A program made the position numbers and the translations under genes. A stretch of DNA of 64,000 nt from Antedon mediterranea (lineage: Eukaryota > Animalia > Echinodermata): assembly GCF_964355755.1 (NCBI RefSeq), contig NC_092675.1, positions 19,192,912 through 19,256,911 on the forward strand. Direction: 5' to 3'. The notes beneath the pieces are model-generated. The model searched no databases. It worked only from the letters and a program-made list of their open reading frames with translations, and was not told the DNA's origin. Positions 22,154 through 35,800 of this stretch are shown here, one piece after another (position 1 is the stretch's first letter; every line of letters begins with the position of its first letter).

Positions 22154-22472
22154 GAGTGAGTGAGTGGCCGAGCGGTTAAGACAGTGGAACCGTAATCACG
22201 TAGCCATAACATCGGCAGGGGTTCGAGGCTCACTCACTCCATGGTTCTGGTGGTAGAACGAGTCTTCTCGGATAAGGACTATAAACCGTAGGCCCAGTGT
22301 ACACATCTAGCTCGTGTGCACTTTAAAGAACCTAGTACATCTTTCGAGACGAGTAGGGGGTTACCCCGGTGTATTAGTACATCACAGTCACTGATCACCA
22401 ACTGGGCCCTCTGGGAGACCAGTCTTTGACTGAAGAGGTTACCCAGTATAAAGATAAATTTCAAATTTCAAA
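22154..22472 (+). mobile_element. tRNA-derived SINE with a Deu/Nin-like central domain, copy 1
   Basis: A box TGGCCGAGCGG, B box GGTTCGAG, core TCGGATAAGGACTATAAACCG...TTAAAGAACC...GAGTAGGGG...CCCCGGTG, tail (TTTCAAA)n. Near-identical to 45229-45552. Confidence 0.85.
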
Positions 22473-25400
22473 ATGCCTTATATCCTCGCGCTCTAAATCG
22501 TAAAAGTGCGCAAATTTTAAAGAGAGATGTAAGTGTGCTGCTGCTGAACGAACACAATACGGGGCGCGAAACTTGAATTGAACCTCCTCTCTTTTATGTT
22601 AATCGTTCGTAAGCAGTTCAACGAGTCCCAGTTAATTAATACATTACAAGATTTAAAAAAAACCTTAAGAATAATGGTTTCAGGGATTTCGTCACTTTTA
22701 TGCTTAAAAGCTATATATTCATATCATAGTCACTTTAGTTATACATCAGAATCGTCTTTCTAAACGGTCGTGAAATAAATCTTTGAAAGTGGATGCAAGT
22801 TGTAGGCCTACCTGGTGAACACAGCTCGTTTTAAATAGTTATTGTGTTATGTATACTGGACGTTGTTATTACGAGTATGAGGTATTTTGAACAACACAAT
22901 AATATTAATTGGCCAATATACGACATTGATAAAATTGAACTATAAATGCAATAAGCTTGACAAATTGCGTCTCGAAGTGGGAGTAACGAAGAGTTCAGGA
23001 CGAGTGGGAGTGAATAAAAAGCAGAATCTAAATTTAAATTCAAACAGGAAAATAGTGTGTTCGTTCTCATGCACTGATTAATGTAATTTAATTAGGACAT
23101 GAGTAGGATAATTATTATATGGTGGGACACTATATTCCATCTTATACAAAGTAGTACAGTAGTAAATCATGCTCAGGATAAAAATTCAAGTTATGTAGGC
23201 CTTACGCAAGCATAGTTTTTGTTTGCATTAGTAGGCTAATAGGCCTAGCTAAGCATGGATTCATTAAAAAACCATCACTTAATTGATGAGATTTGTTTGG
23301 TAATGATGTGATTTCAGTTAAAAGAGAATTGGTAATCATGATTTCTGTAAGGAAAAGTTAAAATCGTTGGCTATTTATGATGGGGAAACGCACTACAAAT
23401 GCCACCACTCTCTCTAATCAAATTAATCGGACATTTTAATTCGCTACACCGACACACATGGTTTCAAATTGGAAATCATCGGTTCCCGAGGCCTATGGTG
23501 GTATACATACACAAACGAATTATCACTAAACTTAATGTGCAAACAAATAATTACCTACGCTCTAAACTAGTAAATCATGGTTAATTCCAAACTATCGATA
23601 CTTCACGTTAAGATAATGTATCCGCCTCCTCATTTTCTTCAGAAGACCAGTTCATCATGACATAAGCGTCTATTAGGCTAACACTTCATCTTGTTGCACG
23701 GGAAAATAAGCTCCAGTTCATTGATTAATTCAGCTAAAGTATATTACTAACTGTGAATTAGTAACTCAAATCTATAGATTAAATATATAACATTATATAT
23801 ATATACATATCTCTTATCAGAAGTCAATGTTCGCATTATGTAATTGACAGCTACTAAAAGCCTCAGATTTACCTATCAAATACAAGTTTTGGACGATCAT
23901 TTATCATTAACTAAATTCAAATTTAATCCGTTTCTCATCTGATCTCTCCCTCTCGTAGACGTTCTTTTACCGTCTCTCAATATTATACCTCATTCTTACT
24001 TCATCACGTGATCGTATCGATCAATTGAGTGGTAATACAGACGTCGTCGCAGTTGACTAAACCGATCATGCTCACTTCTTGAATCAATCACAGTAAAATC
24101 AATGCATCATAAAACAACACTCAACACAAATCCAAAACGTTTTCGATCAAAAGGAGCTTTTAATACTTCCTATACACATTATCGATGTTACGGTATTTTA
24201 TTTATAATACCAAAGAGAAATGCTTCATAAAAAAACTTAACATTTTTATACATATTATTATGTGGTCAGAAATAAACAGTTGTTTATCGTAAAAGGTATA
24301 AGGGATGAGATGAAGGTTCACACCACCAAAGCAAAACGTAACGGCAGAAAAGGCTGTGCACACGTCCTACATTACGTTGCACTGTGCGCGCGCGCAAAGG
24401 CATGGGGATTATAACGCGTCCGTTGCAACGATGCATGCACGGACTACCGACGACTTACCCAGAGCGAATTTTGCTCTTGGCAATAAATGTTTTTCTTTGA
24501 TAACAAAATAGTTGTATTTAAGGTCAAGCGTCTAACGTTTATTTACTCACAAATTAATGCGATGATTCGGATCAGAGCAAATATTGATCAAGGCAAAATT
24601 ACAAATTATAGTCTAACACTGTTTTAATAAACCGCAACGTATATACATTTTAAAGTACATCGTTATCATCTCATCCCATAAAAATAAAATATTTATGTAT
24701 GCTTAACAAGACACTATCGAAAACATTTAATCTTTTTAATATCCCTTTCTGAGATATTTTGCTGCATACGGCACCCCATACTTTAACAAGCGTGTTTAAA
24801 AAATATGCGAGAAAACATTTTATTACATGAAAACGAAATAAAATAAAATTAACTTTGGTACCTCTTGCACAACTGACTTTTGTGGGTACTTAAAAAAGCA
24901 TCTGAAAATCTCAGATTACCGAGAATGATAAAAGTTGATTTCCATTTGCATGTTATATTCAAATGATATGCAAATGTTATGCAAATGCCCACAAGTTGGC
25001 ATACCTCACAACTAGTTTTACATAAGTTTCTCTCTATATATTGTGTTATCATACGTTACAAACATCTTATTCATTTACATTACTTTATTTACATCTGATT
25101 TACAAATAGATTAATTAAAGAAACATAACTATAATAAAATATAATATAACAGTAATTACAAGTGTGGTTAAATATAAATCATTCATTGTATATTCAATAC
25201 AACAATCCCCACTACTGTAAGGTCCTGTTTACACTATAATATTTATACAATATTATTGAGTGAATTCACTTCATGTGTAACATGGATAGTTTTTTATTTA
25301 AATGCAATGTTGTGTAAACATACATTATCTCACCTCATCTGAATGTTAATTAGGTATGTCAACGCATAAAATTAATTTGCATATTCATTGGATGTGTGAA

Positions 25401-28400
25401 CACACACTATTTAAATGAATTTGTATAAATGAACGTATCCAAATTCATTTTAAAATAGAATACACTATTCGCTTATACTTTTCTTTAACTTAAATTTCTC
25501 ATAGTGGGAACACACATTAACTCAATTTATTTTGGCTTACTGTGTAAACAGCACTTTACTATATGAGTCTGCTAATATTAATCAACAAATAAGCACTAAA
25601 CATAGGATACAACCTAAGTATCAATGAAAACTGAAAACAAATGTATTGTAATATACAATCATTTAACACAATATATTAATGAGAATACTTTAATATATTT
25701 TACTGTTAATTGTGGCATCTCTTTCAACAAAAATAAGTCTTTAAAAATATAAAGTAAAATCGTAATATATGAGAGTATCATTACCTTTTTATCAGAAATA
25801 CCACTATGTTTATACATTAAATACTAAATAATGTATTAAAAATAATATTAGTGACATGGAAAAGAATTTAATATTTTAATACAAGAAAAAAAAATCAAAA
25901 CAGAAACAGCAATAATATAAAAACTATTAATAATAAACAATTAACATCTCGGCCTAACAGTGTTTGTGATCAAGAAAGAATAATTCAGAGTTTAGCCTTT
26001 GTCTTGGTGCTATCAAGCCTGGTAAAGTAGTTACTAATAAGGGTCATTATACCTCTAGTTTTGTGTATAACTATAAATGAATAATATATATAGTTTCAAC
26101 ATGCTAGGATACTTAGCTAAATTTTAGCACAAATGGTGTATGTAAATAGATTGTTTGTAATTTGTAAATTGAAAGATGTTACTATAGGCCTACTAAAAAC
26201 AAAATAAAACATTAATCTTACATAACTTGCATACTAAATTAAGTTTTTTTAATGTGCACCATACAACCTTTTACCGGAATGAAATAATAACAAAGGTGAT
26301 ATAAGTACTAAAGTGATGTTATACACGGCACCATAAACACAAAAATAATCACATTTTATCTATTTTTTATTCCAGGAGAAACACAAACATAGAAACAAAA
26401 CAGAAACCTTTACTAGAAGCCAGCCATCTCTGGCAAGTGGTTCTTAAATAGAGGCTAACCAGTGTTGGATCACATATAGAATAAATATCTACATGGACTA
26501 ATAGTTCAAGATGTGATCCTTTATTAGGGGATGTTAATGAACTATCTACAAAATTAAAAACAGTATTGAAATGAGTTGTATCTACATAAACCATTAGTCC
26601 CAGATGTGGTCTTTCATTAGAGGGTAATCTTTATTGTATTCCAATTAGTAGTAAATGAATAACAGATATACAATACCACAAGCTGACATGTATATACAGT
26701 ATATGTATATATAGTATATACTGTTCCTTCATGTATATACTGATACTGTTATATTTAAAAAATTTTACTTCAAGGAATACTGAGTTTGTACAGCTCCTAA
26801 AAAATATATGATTAGGAGATATGGAAAGCATAATGTACTCTGCTTCTACAATAACAGAACCAGATATTTAAAATAAATCTTCTAACATAAATAATGTGGA
26901 GAAAGTTGACAGTAGGTAGGTTTATTATCTCCTCACTCTTCAAACTTTATATCTATTATGTGCCGCTAGTAATGGTACCGTCAGTTTGAACAGCCTTGCC
27001 AATATTCTTAAAATTTTAAATTTAAAGATTAGAGATCTTGCAGAATTTAATTACATGTCTTAAACCTGATTTCTCTGAAGTGAAGAAATGTATTAAAGAT
27101 GGAAATTAGTTTTGAAATTGTGCAAATTTTAAGTGGAAAAAATCGTATATATACAGTTGTCTGTTGGGGTCTCTGAAGAAGATATGAATTTCTATTTAGG
27201 TCTCGGAAGAAGTCAGTAGATATACAAATTATCATTAGCCATAAAACCTATTTGGATATTACTGATTTGGAATGGCAAAAATCTTGTTTGTTTTTGTTAG
27301 TTTTTGCAATCAGACCGTAAGTGTTTTGATTACATGTCTCCACATGCCAAATTAAGGAATTAAAAATCACCCGAAGCAAACTGTATAACGACACGCTTCA
27401 CTGACCACATCATGAAGACACGGATAAGCTCATAAACAGAGTCACATGGTCGCTTTTACTAACAACTCGTAACAAACGGTACACAGTTGTATGGTGCTGT
27501 TAACATTTGGGAAGTAGGGTTCACTTAGCTTATTAACGACCTCCAGAGGCCTATTTCATTTCTTTCCTCAAGACAAAAATAAAATAAAGCATACATTATA
27601 TGTCTCTACACTGTATATTTGCTTACACTAAATTCTTGATTCTAAATGCATATGTTAGAGGCACTTTAGAGTACAATAAAACAATCAAGATGTGTAAAAT
27701 ATTTCAAATGTAAATCATAACAAAAATGTTACAATAATAATATATCTTTTTCAATTTATTTTATCTATCATTTCTTTTTTATTTTGTGGAAAGTGCAGAA
27801 AAGGTTTCAACCAAAATTATACATGTACCGTACTGACGCGGGTATAAGCCCATTCCTAACGTACTGTGAATTACCATGGTAACAAATCAGAAACAGGTAA
27901 TATTAATGACGTTCATATATCATCTCAACTAAAAATAAATATACCTAAAAAAAGACATTTTTTTTCCAATTTACTCTCTTTTCATAGAGTAGCTACTTCA
28001 ATAAATTTTAATGTAGATAAAAAATTGAAAATGCTTTTTGTTTAATGAAAACAGTGTGAAATATGGCTGTTGGAAAATTGATGTAAAAATGGGTGCCAAT
28101 CTAAAAGTTCAAGGTAATTTCAATATCGTTATCTATTTTTCTTAGCCTTATCAAAAAACAATCTAATTCCTAAAGTATTATCAGCAATAACATGGTTAGA
28201 TCTAATATCAAAAAGAAAAAGATAATTTTGTTTTACAAATTATAATTGTAATAACATTACAAATAATAATAATGTTCAATGCATTTATAGGAAATTGGAA
28301 TTGCAATTTAAATTTACTGAAACATTCGCCTCCGATGATTGTCATGCGCATGCGGCAAGATACGGCTTTGATCTGTGAAAACTATCTATACACCTCTTAA

Positions 28401-28783
28401 AAGTGATGCCACAAAATGACACACAAAATTCCTGTGGACATTCTTAACATGGCTTTTTGCCAAACGCTGTTATCGAATGAATATACAGGACAATTGTGTC
28501 AATTTGTACCGTCCCTACAAATTCAGTATAGGTAGTTTGTGAGGGTAAGGTTTCTAAAATGTCTATATTTTCCAATAAAATGCTTAAAAAGGATATAAAA
28601 TTTGTATAAATTTGACATCTTAAGAATAATTATATTGATACTCATGATCATCTTCCCCTACTTTATATCCCCTGAAGGTCAACTTTCGTAAAAAAATTAG
28701 ATCACCAATTAATAAAAGTAAGTAGTATTACAACACACATTAGGGTTTATGAATGTGTATTGATGAATGTTTTCAATTTTCAC

Positions 28784-28827
28784 ATCATAGCATGGACCTA
28801 TTCTAATTTATAGGTCCATGATAATAG
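28784..28827. mobile_element. 30-bp hairpin CATGG...CCATG with 7-bp direct repeats (candidate P-element footprint)
   Basis: ATCATAG | CATGGACCTAT-TCTAATTT-ATAGGTCCATG | ATAATAG (one mismatch between flanks). Confidence 0.6.
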
Positions 28828-29715
28828 CTCCTAAACTGTATTTAAAATTGTTAATGTATGATTAAATACAATCGTACATTATAATAAACTAAATGAATCG
28901 GCTTATAATTCAAATTTTACCCAAAAAAAAAGAAAAAAGAAACGGCCACAAATGATAAACTGTTTTTATAATTTTATCATAGAATTTGAAATATTCTAAA
29001 TTAATAGGTTTTAGAAAATTTATAAGGAACATTACTTTATTATTATTATTTACATATTTCAACATCATACTCTTAAAAATAAAATAAGGATTTTGCAGCG
29101 TAAAAAAAATTTTTTTAATAAAAAAAAAACACCAACTTCAATTTGTAGTTAAGTTGTACAATATACTAATAACAAAATAACATTTGATTTGTCCAATAGA
29201 TTTATCTTTTATCATTAGAACAAAAAATACTATTACTATATAATTAAATAAAACAAAATGCGATTTTTAAAATAAAAGTAGACTGAAAGACATTATTGTA
29301 TAAACTCTACTGCAAGAAAAAAAATCCAATTGAACGATTGTTTGATAAATGTGTGCCCAGTTTCTGTACATAAACTGATACCAAATGTTTTGAATATCTG
29401 ACAGATTACTTTTATATAGATAATATATAAATTGTAAGATGGCCACGGTGATCACAAAACATTGTTGAATCGAACAACACACAACTTGGGTGGCAACCTC
29501 TCACAATTCAGGTATCCACGCATTACTGTTGAACATGGGTGGGAAAAACGACTGCTTTATTCTGCATTTTGTTATACCTTTCTTTCAAAATTTTCGCAAA
29601 ATTGTCCGACAAGGAATATCCACACAAGGACGCACTTTTTGTTATAACATTTTTGACTGATTATCGTTCAGTGTACATAACTTTGAATGTATTTACAATT
29701 TCGATAAAAGTGTTT

Positions 29716-29887
29716 TTATAGCCATGATGTCAGTTGCTTTTCAATGACTGCGACGGCATCTGGTCGTCCCATCTCTTGAAATACACCAAGTAAATCCATG
29801 AGGGCACCTTCTTCTCTGTGCAATGCTTCCCATAAATCAAGGATTAAGTCAGTAGGGCTAGGCCTAACTGCAAAATAGTTTGTATAC
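29716..29887 (-). CDS. UNC5: UNC5 last exon, death domain C-terminal half, ends TSWL*
   Basis: YFAVRPSPTDLILDLWEA; tttcag acceptor; TAA at 29718-29716. Confidence 0.95.
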
Positions 29888-32800
29888 CTGAAATATAACA
29901 ACAATCAAATTCGTATTTAGGTATAGCATATTTTAATTTAACAGTAACTAAATCATAAAATGCTACATCATTGTTGCCTACATGTCCTAGGCATGTGATC
30001 CTACTACCATTTTACTTCTTTTAGGCAAATCTGAGCAATTTAAAAGACCACTTGTTACTATTGTTAACATTTGGTAGTGTGTTTTGTTTGTGTTTTTTTC
30101 TCCGTTTTTAGTAGGCCATTGTATTCCATCCCGGTTTCAGCCTTTAGACGCATGCTTATTTGTCAGTGACGTACACCTGAATATACTAGAAAAACCACCC
30201 TGTTTGACCTCCAAACAATTTTGACCTCCATCTGTACATTTTTGATGTTTTTATGTTTATTGTAATTTTTAAGTTATGTGTCTATCTTATTTTTAATTTG
30301 TAATTTTTTTTTTTATTTTAAAATGTGTGGAGAAACTAATAAAACAAACAAACAAACAAATGTTATTATTTTGCTTTGCTTCCGGATCTTATTTAACATG
30401 TAATGGCAAATACATATTTTAAGTTTAATGAGATTGGCTAAGCTAGTGATTAGACTGTTTTTTTTCCCAATAATTCATCGAATATTAAACAAATCTAATA
30501 ATCACAATGAACTTTACCAGTCAGACTTCTGACTGATACCATAGTTAAATGGAGATCAAAGTCTACAACATTATATACTTATACGCATCAATATAAATGT
30601 AAATAACTGCAAAATGGCAAAGGGAAACACTGCTAAAAGGAATAATTAAACTATAGAATTACTACAGTTACTTGAGGCAATATACAGTATACCAAATTAT
30701 TTGTTAAAAGTTAAATGTACTTTATGGTACATACTAAAAATTTCATTTGTAAATAATTTGTTTTTTAAATTATCTGTTATTGTTGTCTATAAAGTAGGTA
30801 GACTACTGGCCCTAGTACAAGCAGTTTGCTTTTTTTAAATATATTAAGAAAAAAAGAAATCTTAAAAATTAATAAAAATAAAGGGAAGACCATTAAATCA
30901 GAATGGCATTATTGTATTGTATAAACCCCCTTGTTTTATTGTTAAATCTATTAATTGTATTCAGTGTTATCTTTAATTTCACTTTAATAGATAATTGGTT
31001 TCAGACATGCTGAGTATTCACTTATCTGTGGCTGCATTAGTAACCAAGTAGTTAGTAACCCCTTGTGTACAATCTTACCTATCAACTCCTAGCTTCACAG
31101 CCAACAACCTCCAATCATTCCCTCTTGATTTTGGTGGGTCTAGCACTTCACAAAGTTCTATTCTATATGGCCTACAGATTCTAAAGGCCTTGTTCGGTGG
31201 TTCTATCCTCATTGAGTTACCCGTGTCATGTTCAGAACAACAGTTTGATTTTTGTTCCAAGTCCATCTAAAGAGAAAATAATTTATTTTCAAAATAGCAT
31301 TTAAATAAAATACATGTAGTTGAGTTAGCCTGATAGCATAGGTTATTAATCAGCTGTGTTGATGTTGATATCTGGTACAGGATAATTTGTAATACTATGC
31401 CAAAATATGCATGATATTACAGACATTTTATGGTTTAAATTCGATTTTAGATTCAGAGAGGTTATTGAAATGAGTAGAATCTGGTTTATGTACAGTAGGT
31501 ATACAGTCAAATCTTGTGAAATCCTACTCCTCAAAACTCTCCCAAAATCAGGTCGACTCCTAGAAACTCTCCCTTAACCAGACTCCCTAAAACTCTCCCT
31601 AACCCAAACTCCCTAAAACTCTCCCTAAACCAAACTACCTAAAACTCTCTCTAAACCAGGCTTCCTGCAACTCTCTCTTAACCAGACTCCCTGAAACTAT
31701 CCCTAAAACTCTCCCTAAACTAAACTCCCTAAAACTCTCTCTAAACCAGGCTTCTTGAAACTCTTACTAAAACTCTCTCTAAACCAGGCTCCCATGTCTT
31801 TTCTACAACGTGCATTCTTAATATTACACTATCCAACGGTGTTAGGTTTTGAAGAGTGGACTTTACAAACAATTTATTTGCTTACTTCATCTGCAGTTCT
31901 TGTGATCTGCAGTGATTGTGTATTGCTGTCGATTCCTTGTGAAACTTCTATTCTACAGTGTACCATTCCAACCGATGCTTCTGTCCTCTCCAGTTGAAAT
32001 GAACAGTGCAACGTGCTGGATGCTCCACTCCAGATATGGCAAAATGGAATTTCCTTTAAAAGACAAACAGACTCATAAATATCGTATTTACATTAATATT
32101 GATGAACTATTTTACTACCGTATGGTTTCATCACGTAGCAATTAGTTGAAACTCGTTGGAATGTACCATACAGTTGTTTTAACATAAATGGTTAATGATT
32201 GTTTCACCGAGATAGCAAGAGATAGTTTGACAGTGCTGGAGTAATATGGTGTGGATTTGTTTGCATATAAATTAATTTAAATGATGCCTGCATTCTTCTA
32301 TGGCTAGACTTCTTCAGTTGAGCTGCCATATTAACTAAAGAAGTTAACGAAACAGTCTTGACACACGCAAGTTTTACACTATTTTTATGATATCTTAAAT
32401 ACCTGATAATTTGCAGCCAATTTACTCCTCCAACCAGTCATAATTTCCTCAATGCTTAAACACAGATTTGTGCCTGAATATCGAAATTGTATAATTTGTG
32501 GCTTCTGTAGTAAAACACCTCCTTGTTTATGCTCTGTTTGAAGAACACTCTAAAAAAAAACAAAAACAAAATTGTTGCTTTTACATTTTAGTGATACAAA
32601 AACCTGTGTAAATTGTAAAACAAAAGGTTTAGATTAGAAATTTGTCTTTATGTGTCCTTTCTTGAAAGTACAATTTTGTCTATATTTCATACTTCAACAT
32701 TTAATTAATAGGCCATTAAATTAAATATTTCATTTTTGCAATGAACCAGCTGTGACTAAGTTATGAAACATATTGATGTTGACATAGTGATTTGTTTAGT

Positions 32801-35800
32801 TGATTTTCAACATGATCTTGTAGGTAATACAATAAAAATATGCAACTAAATCCTTTTAGTTCTCGCTTACAAGGGATTTAATTGTGACAATAATAGACAA
32901 TTATTTCCATAGGGTTACATACATTGTTTTATGTACGTAAACATCAACCCAAAAGCACATAACAGATAACCACACATATGGTTGAAGTAAATAAACAAAA
33001 AACAAATACAATAATGTATTTTTATTTAATGCACAAATATAAACTGGATTGACCGTGACACATTTATAATTCAGACAAATCCTTTTAGTTCTCGCCTAGA
33101 GACTACAAACCCGAGTCAAGCGTGTAGCCTTATTGGCTAATAGTTTCATCATCAGCGATCCACGGACCAACGGTTTGCGGACTATTGTCTGCTAAACGAT
33201 GTGACATTTAGATTTACGATGTCAATAAAAGATGTAATGATGAATGATGTCTGCGAGAAAAAATGTCAAATACTATTGTAACTGTTGAAAGTTAGCAAAA
33301 GATAATACAAAAACAAATGAGTTTATCGATTGTCATTAGAAATGGCCTGGGATTGACCATTATGCATGGACAATTTGTATGACGACGTCAGCAATTCAGA
33401 GATGCACATACTGGGAGATAAAGTATACTAATTAATGAAATTTATTGTCATAAATAAAAAATTCAGGAAACATATTTTTTGTTTTGTATAAACAATTTTA
33501 GTATGTCAGGAAATTTCAGAGTTACTATACAAATAACAAATACATTTTTAATCTAAAGCAAGCTTGATGAAGGCCATAGACAGTACGTTGGTAGTACTAC
33601 TTTTTGACATCAACCCACACCAATTTTGATAGCTTTTAAATATTTATGATTTATATTTCAAAAAGAATGTCATTAAAATGAACATTTAGAATATGTATCC
33701 TCGTAGATAAATTCCAAATTCAACATTTTTCCACCTTTAAAAGATGGATATTTCCATTGTAATGTAAGATTTAGTTAAACGACAAGAAGAAAAAGAACAA
33801 ATATACAAAGATGTTTATGAAATGACAAGGTTTCAAGTTCAAATAGGATGTATTAAGTGTTAAATATATAAATACTAATGTTACCTTGGACAAAATTATG
33901 CCAAAAAACTCATAAAACAGTTTTCAATGCTAAACAACCACATGCTTGTAAAATTATTGCATAACACCATTGATGATTATTAATATTTGAAAATCGATTC
34001 CACTGATCATCAATTTAGTATTCTGCTTGCATGTTTCATATTATAACTCTGACATTCAAATAATACATGTTTTTATAGGACCTTTATCAACTTTGACAAA
34101 GACCATAGATTCAATATAACATGCTATAAAGCAGATTGTTTTTATTGCTATACTGCAACATTTGAAACATCAGGTATTCAGTGAGAGGTGATGATTACAA
34201 AAATAGTATTAAAGATACAGAATTAAACATTACATTGCTAATTGGACAATTATAAAGAATTACCATACTCTAAAAAACAAAGATCTAACATGTGTATAAA
34301 TAATTCAATGGAAGGTGACATGATGCAGTTAAAGCATAGAGATATTATAGTGTTATCTCTATGGTTTTAATGATTGAAAAAAAAAACAATGTTTGTCTCA
34401 AGATGTTGAAAATTGCGAAAATGCGTCCAACACCCTAACAATCGATATTACGTTTAATTAAAATGATATCCTTTAAATCGTGAAAATTAAGAATCGGTTA
34501 CAAAATCGGCCAATCAAATATCTAGTCTAATAAATTTTCTGAATAAGAAGACGCAATAATATTCTTGTTTTGAAGTCAATCTCCTGGTTATGGATCCTCG
34601 CATGCGTAATTCCGTGGAACATCTTTTAACTTTCTTCTCGCATAATACAAGGATTACAGGGGACTAGTGTAACCAGACTATCTGGCTGCACAGGAAAGAA
34701 AAACTAACCACGCACATCATAAACATGATTGAAATTTATATAAAACAATTTTAATGAATTTATTATAACATAAAACACGTTTGAGAGTTGGGTTATATAT
34801 CACTGGTAACTAGTCCGTGTCATTGAAAAAAGTTGATTAATAATAATAACAAATTTGTATCCATTAGGAGTGGAATTATGATAAAATTTTACCCATTAGG
34901 ATTTAAAGTTAGGGATTGCAAAGTAATTTAAGTTTAACACTTATATGTTCCAGAATGCTTATATCAACCTGCTATCCCGGGCTGCTATCCATCATGTTAT
35001 TTCAGAATAGCCTAAAACACTTTATTTATTTTATTTATTTTATTCAGTTCACAACGCCACTAACAGGTTGAATCTTTGTCTACACTATCATCAAACTAGT
35101 TTGAGAAAAAAGCATGATTTACCCAAATATGGTAATGATATGCCCAAATATGACATCATCATGTCCATATATGGGCATATCAAATTTTGTTGTCACATAA
35201 ATGTTGATAGTGTAGACAGAGCTTTAATCTATGACAGTGCTGCTTGGTTTGGAAGAATGTGCTCAATACATAGAATAATATTGGATATGTTAGATAAGTA
35301 AATATGCACATAAGTGCTGTAATTATTAATTTATAAAACAATTTTCTACTTTGATAATTTAACAATTTCCTATCCTATCATTAGGTGGTAAATTATAATG
35401 GTACTTAGCAAGAATTCTTAAACATATCCAGTATATATATTAACATCAACATGTTAATGAACACATTTAAATCATGGTCAAGTAAGGAATTAGTGCTAAT
35501 GACTAAATTGTTCGTGATTGAAAAGCAACAACTTCTAACGATGCAGTTGTTGTGACAGTACAATTTAAAAAATGGAATCAACATTGGTACGGTAATCGAG
35601 ACCGAAACACTCGTTAATTTATCAAGAATATTTTGAAGAATAAAAACCCACATAAATCTTTATCTAACTGAGCACTGTACATAATAAAACACATTCTGAT
35701 TTGAATACATGCTAAGTAGCTAAGTCTTGCACTTTACTTAGATTTCCTTTTAGTAAGTTGTACTAAAATCAATCACAATATCTGTTTGTCTATAAATCCA

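Noticed and set aside
26473-26495. CATATAGA...TCTACATG hairpin
   Set aside because: Termini do not fit CATRG and the flanks are not duplicated.
31534-31792. CRISPR-like array or true interstitial telomere
   Set aside because: Eukaryotic intron, no unique spacers, and the unit is ~25 bp rather than pure TTAGGG.
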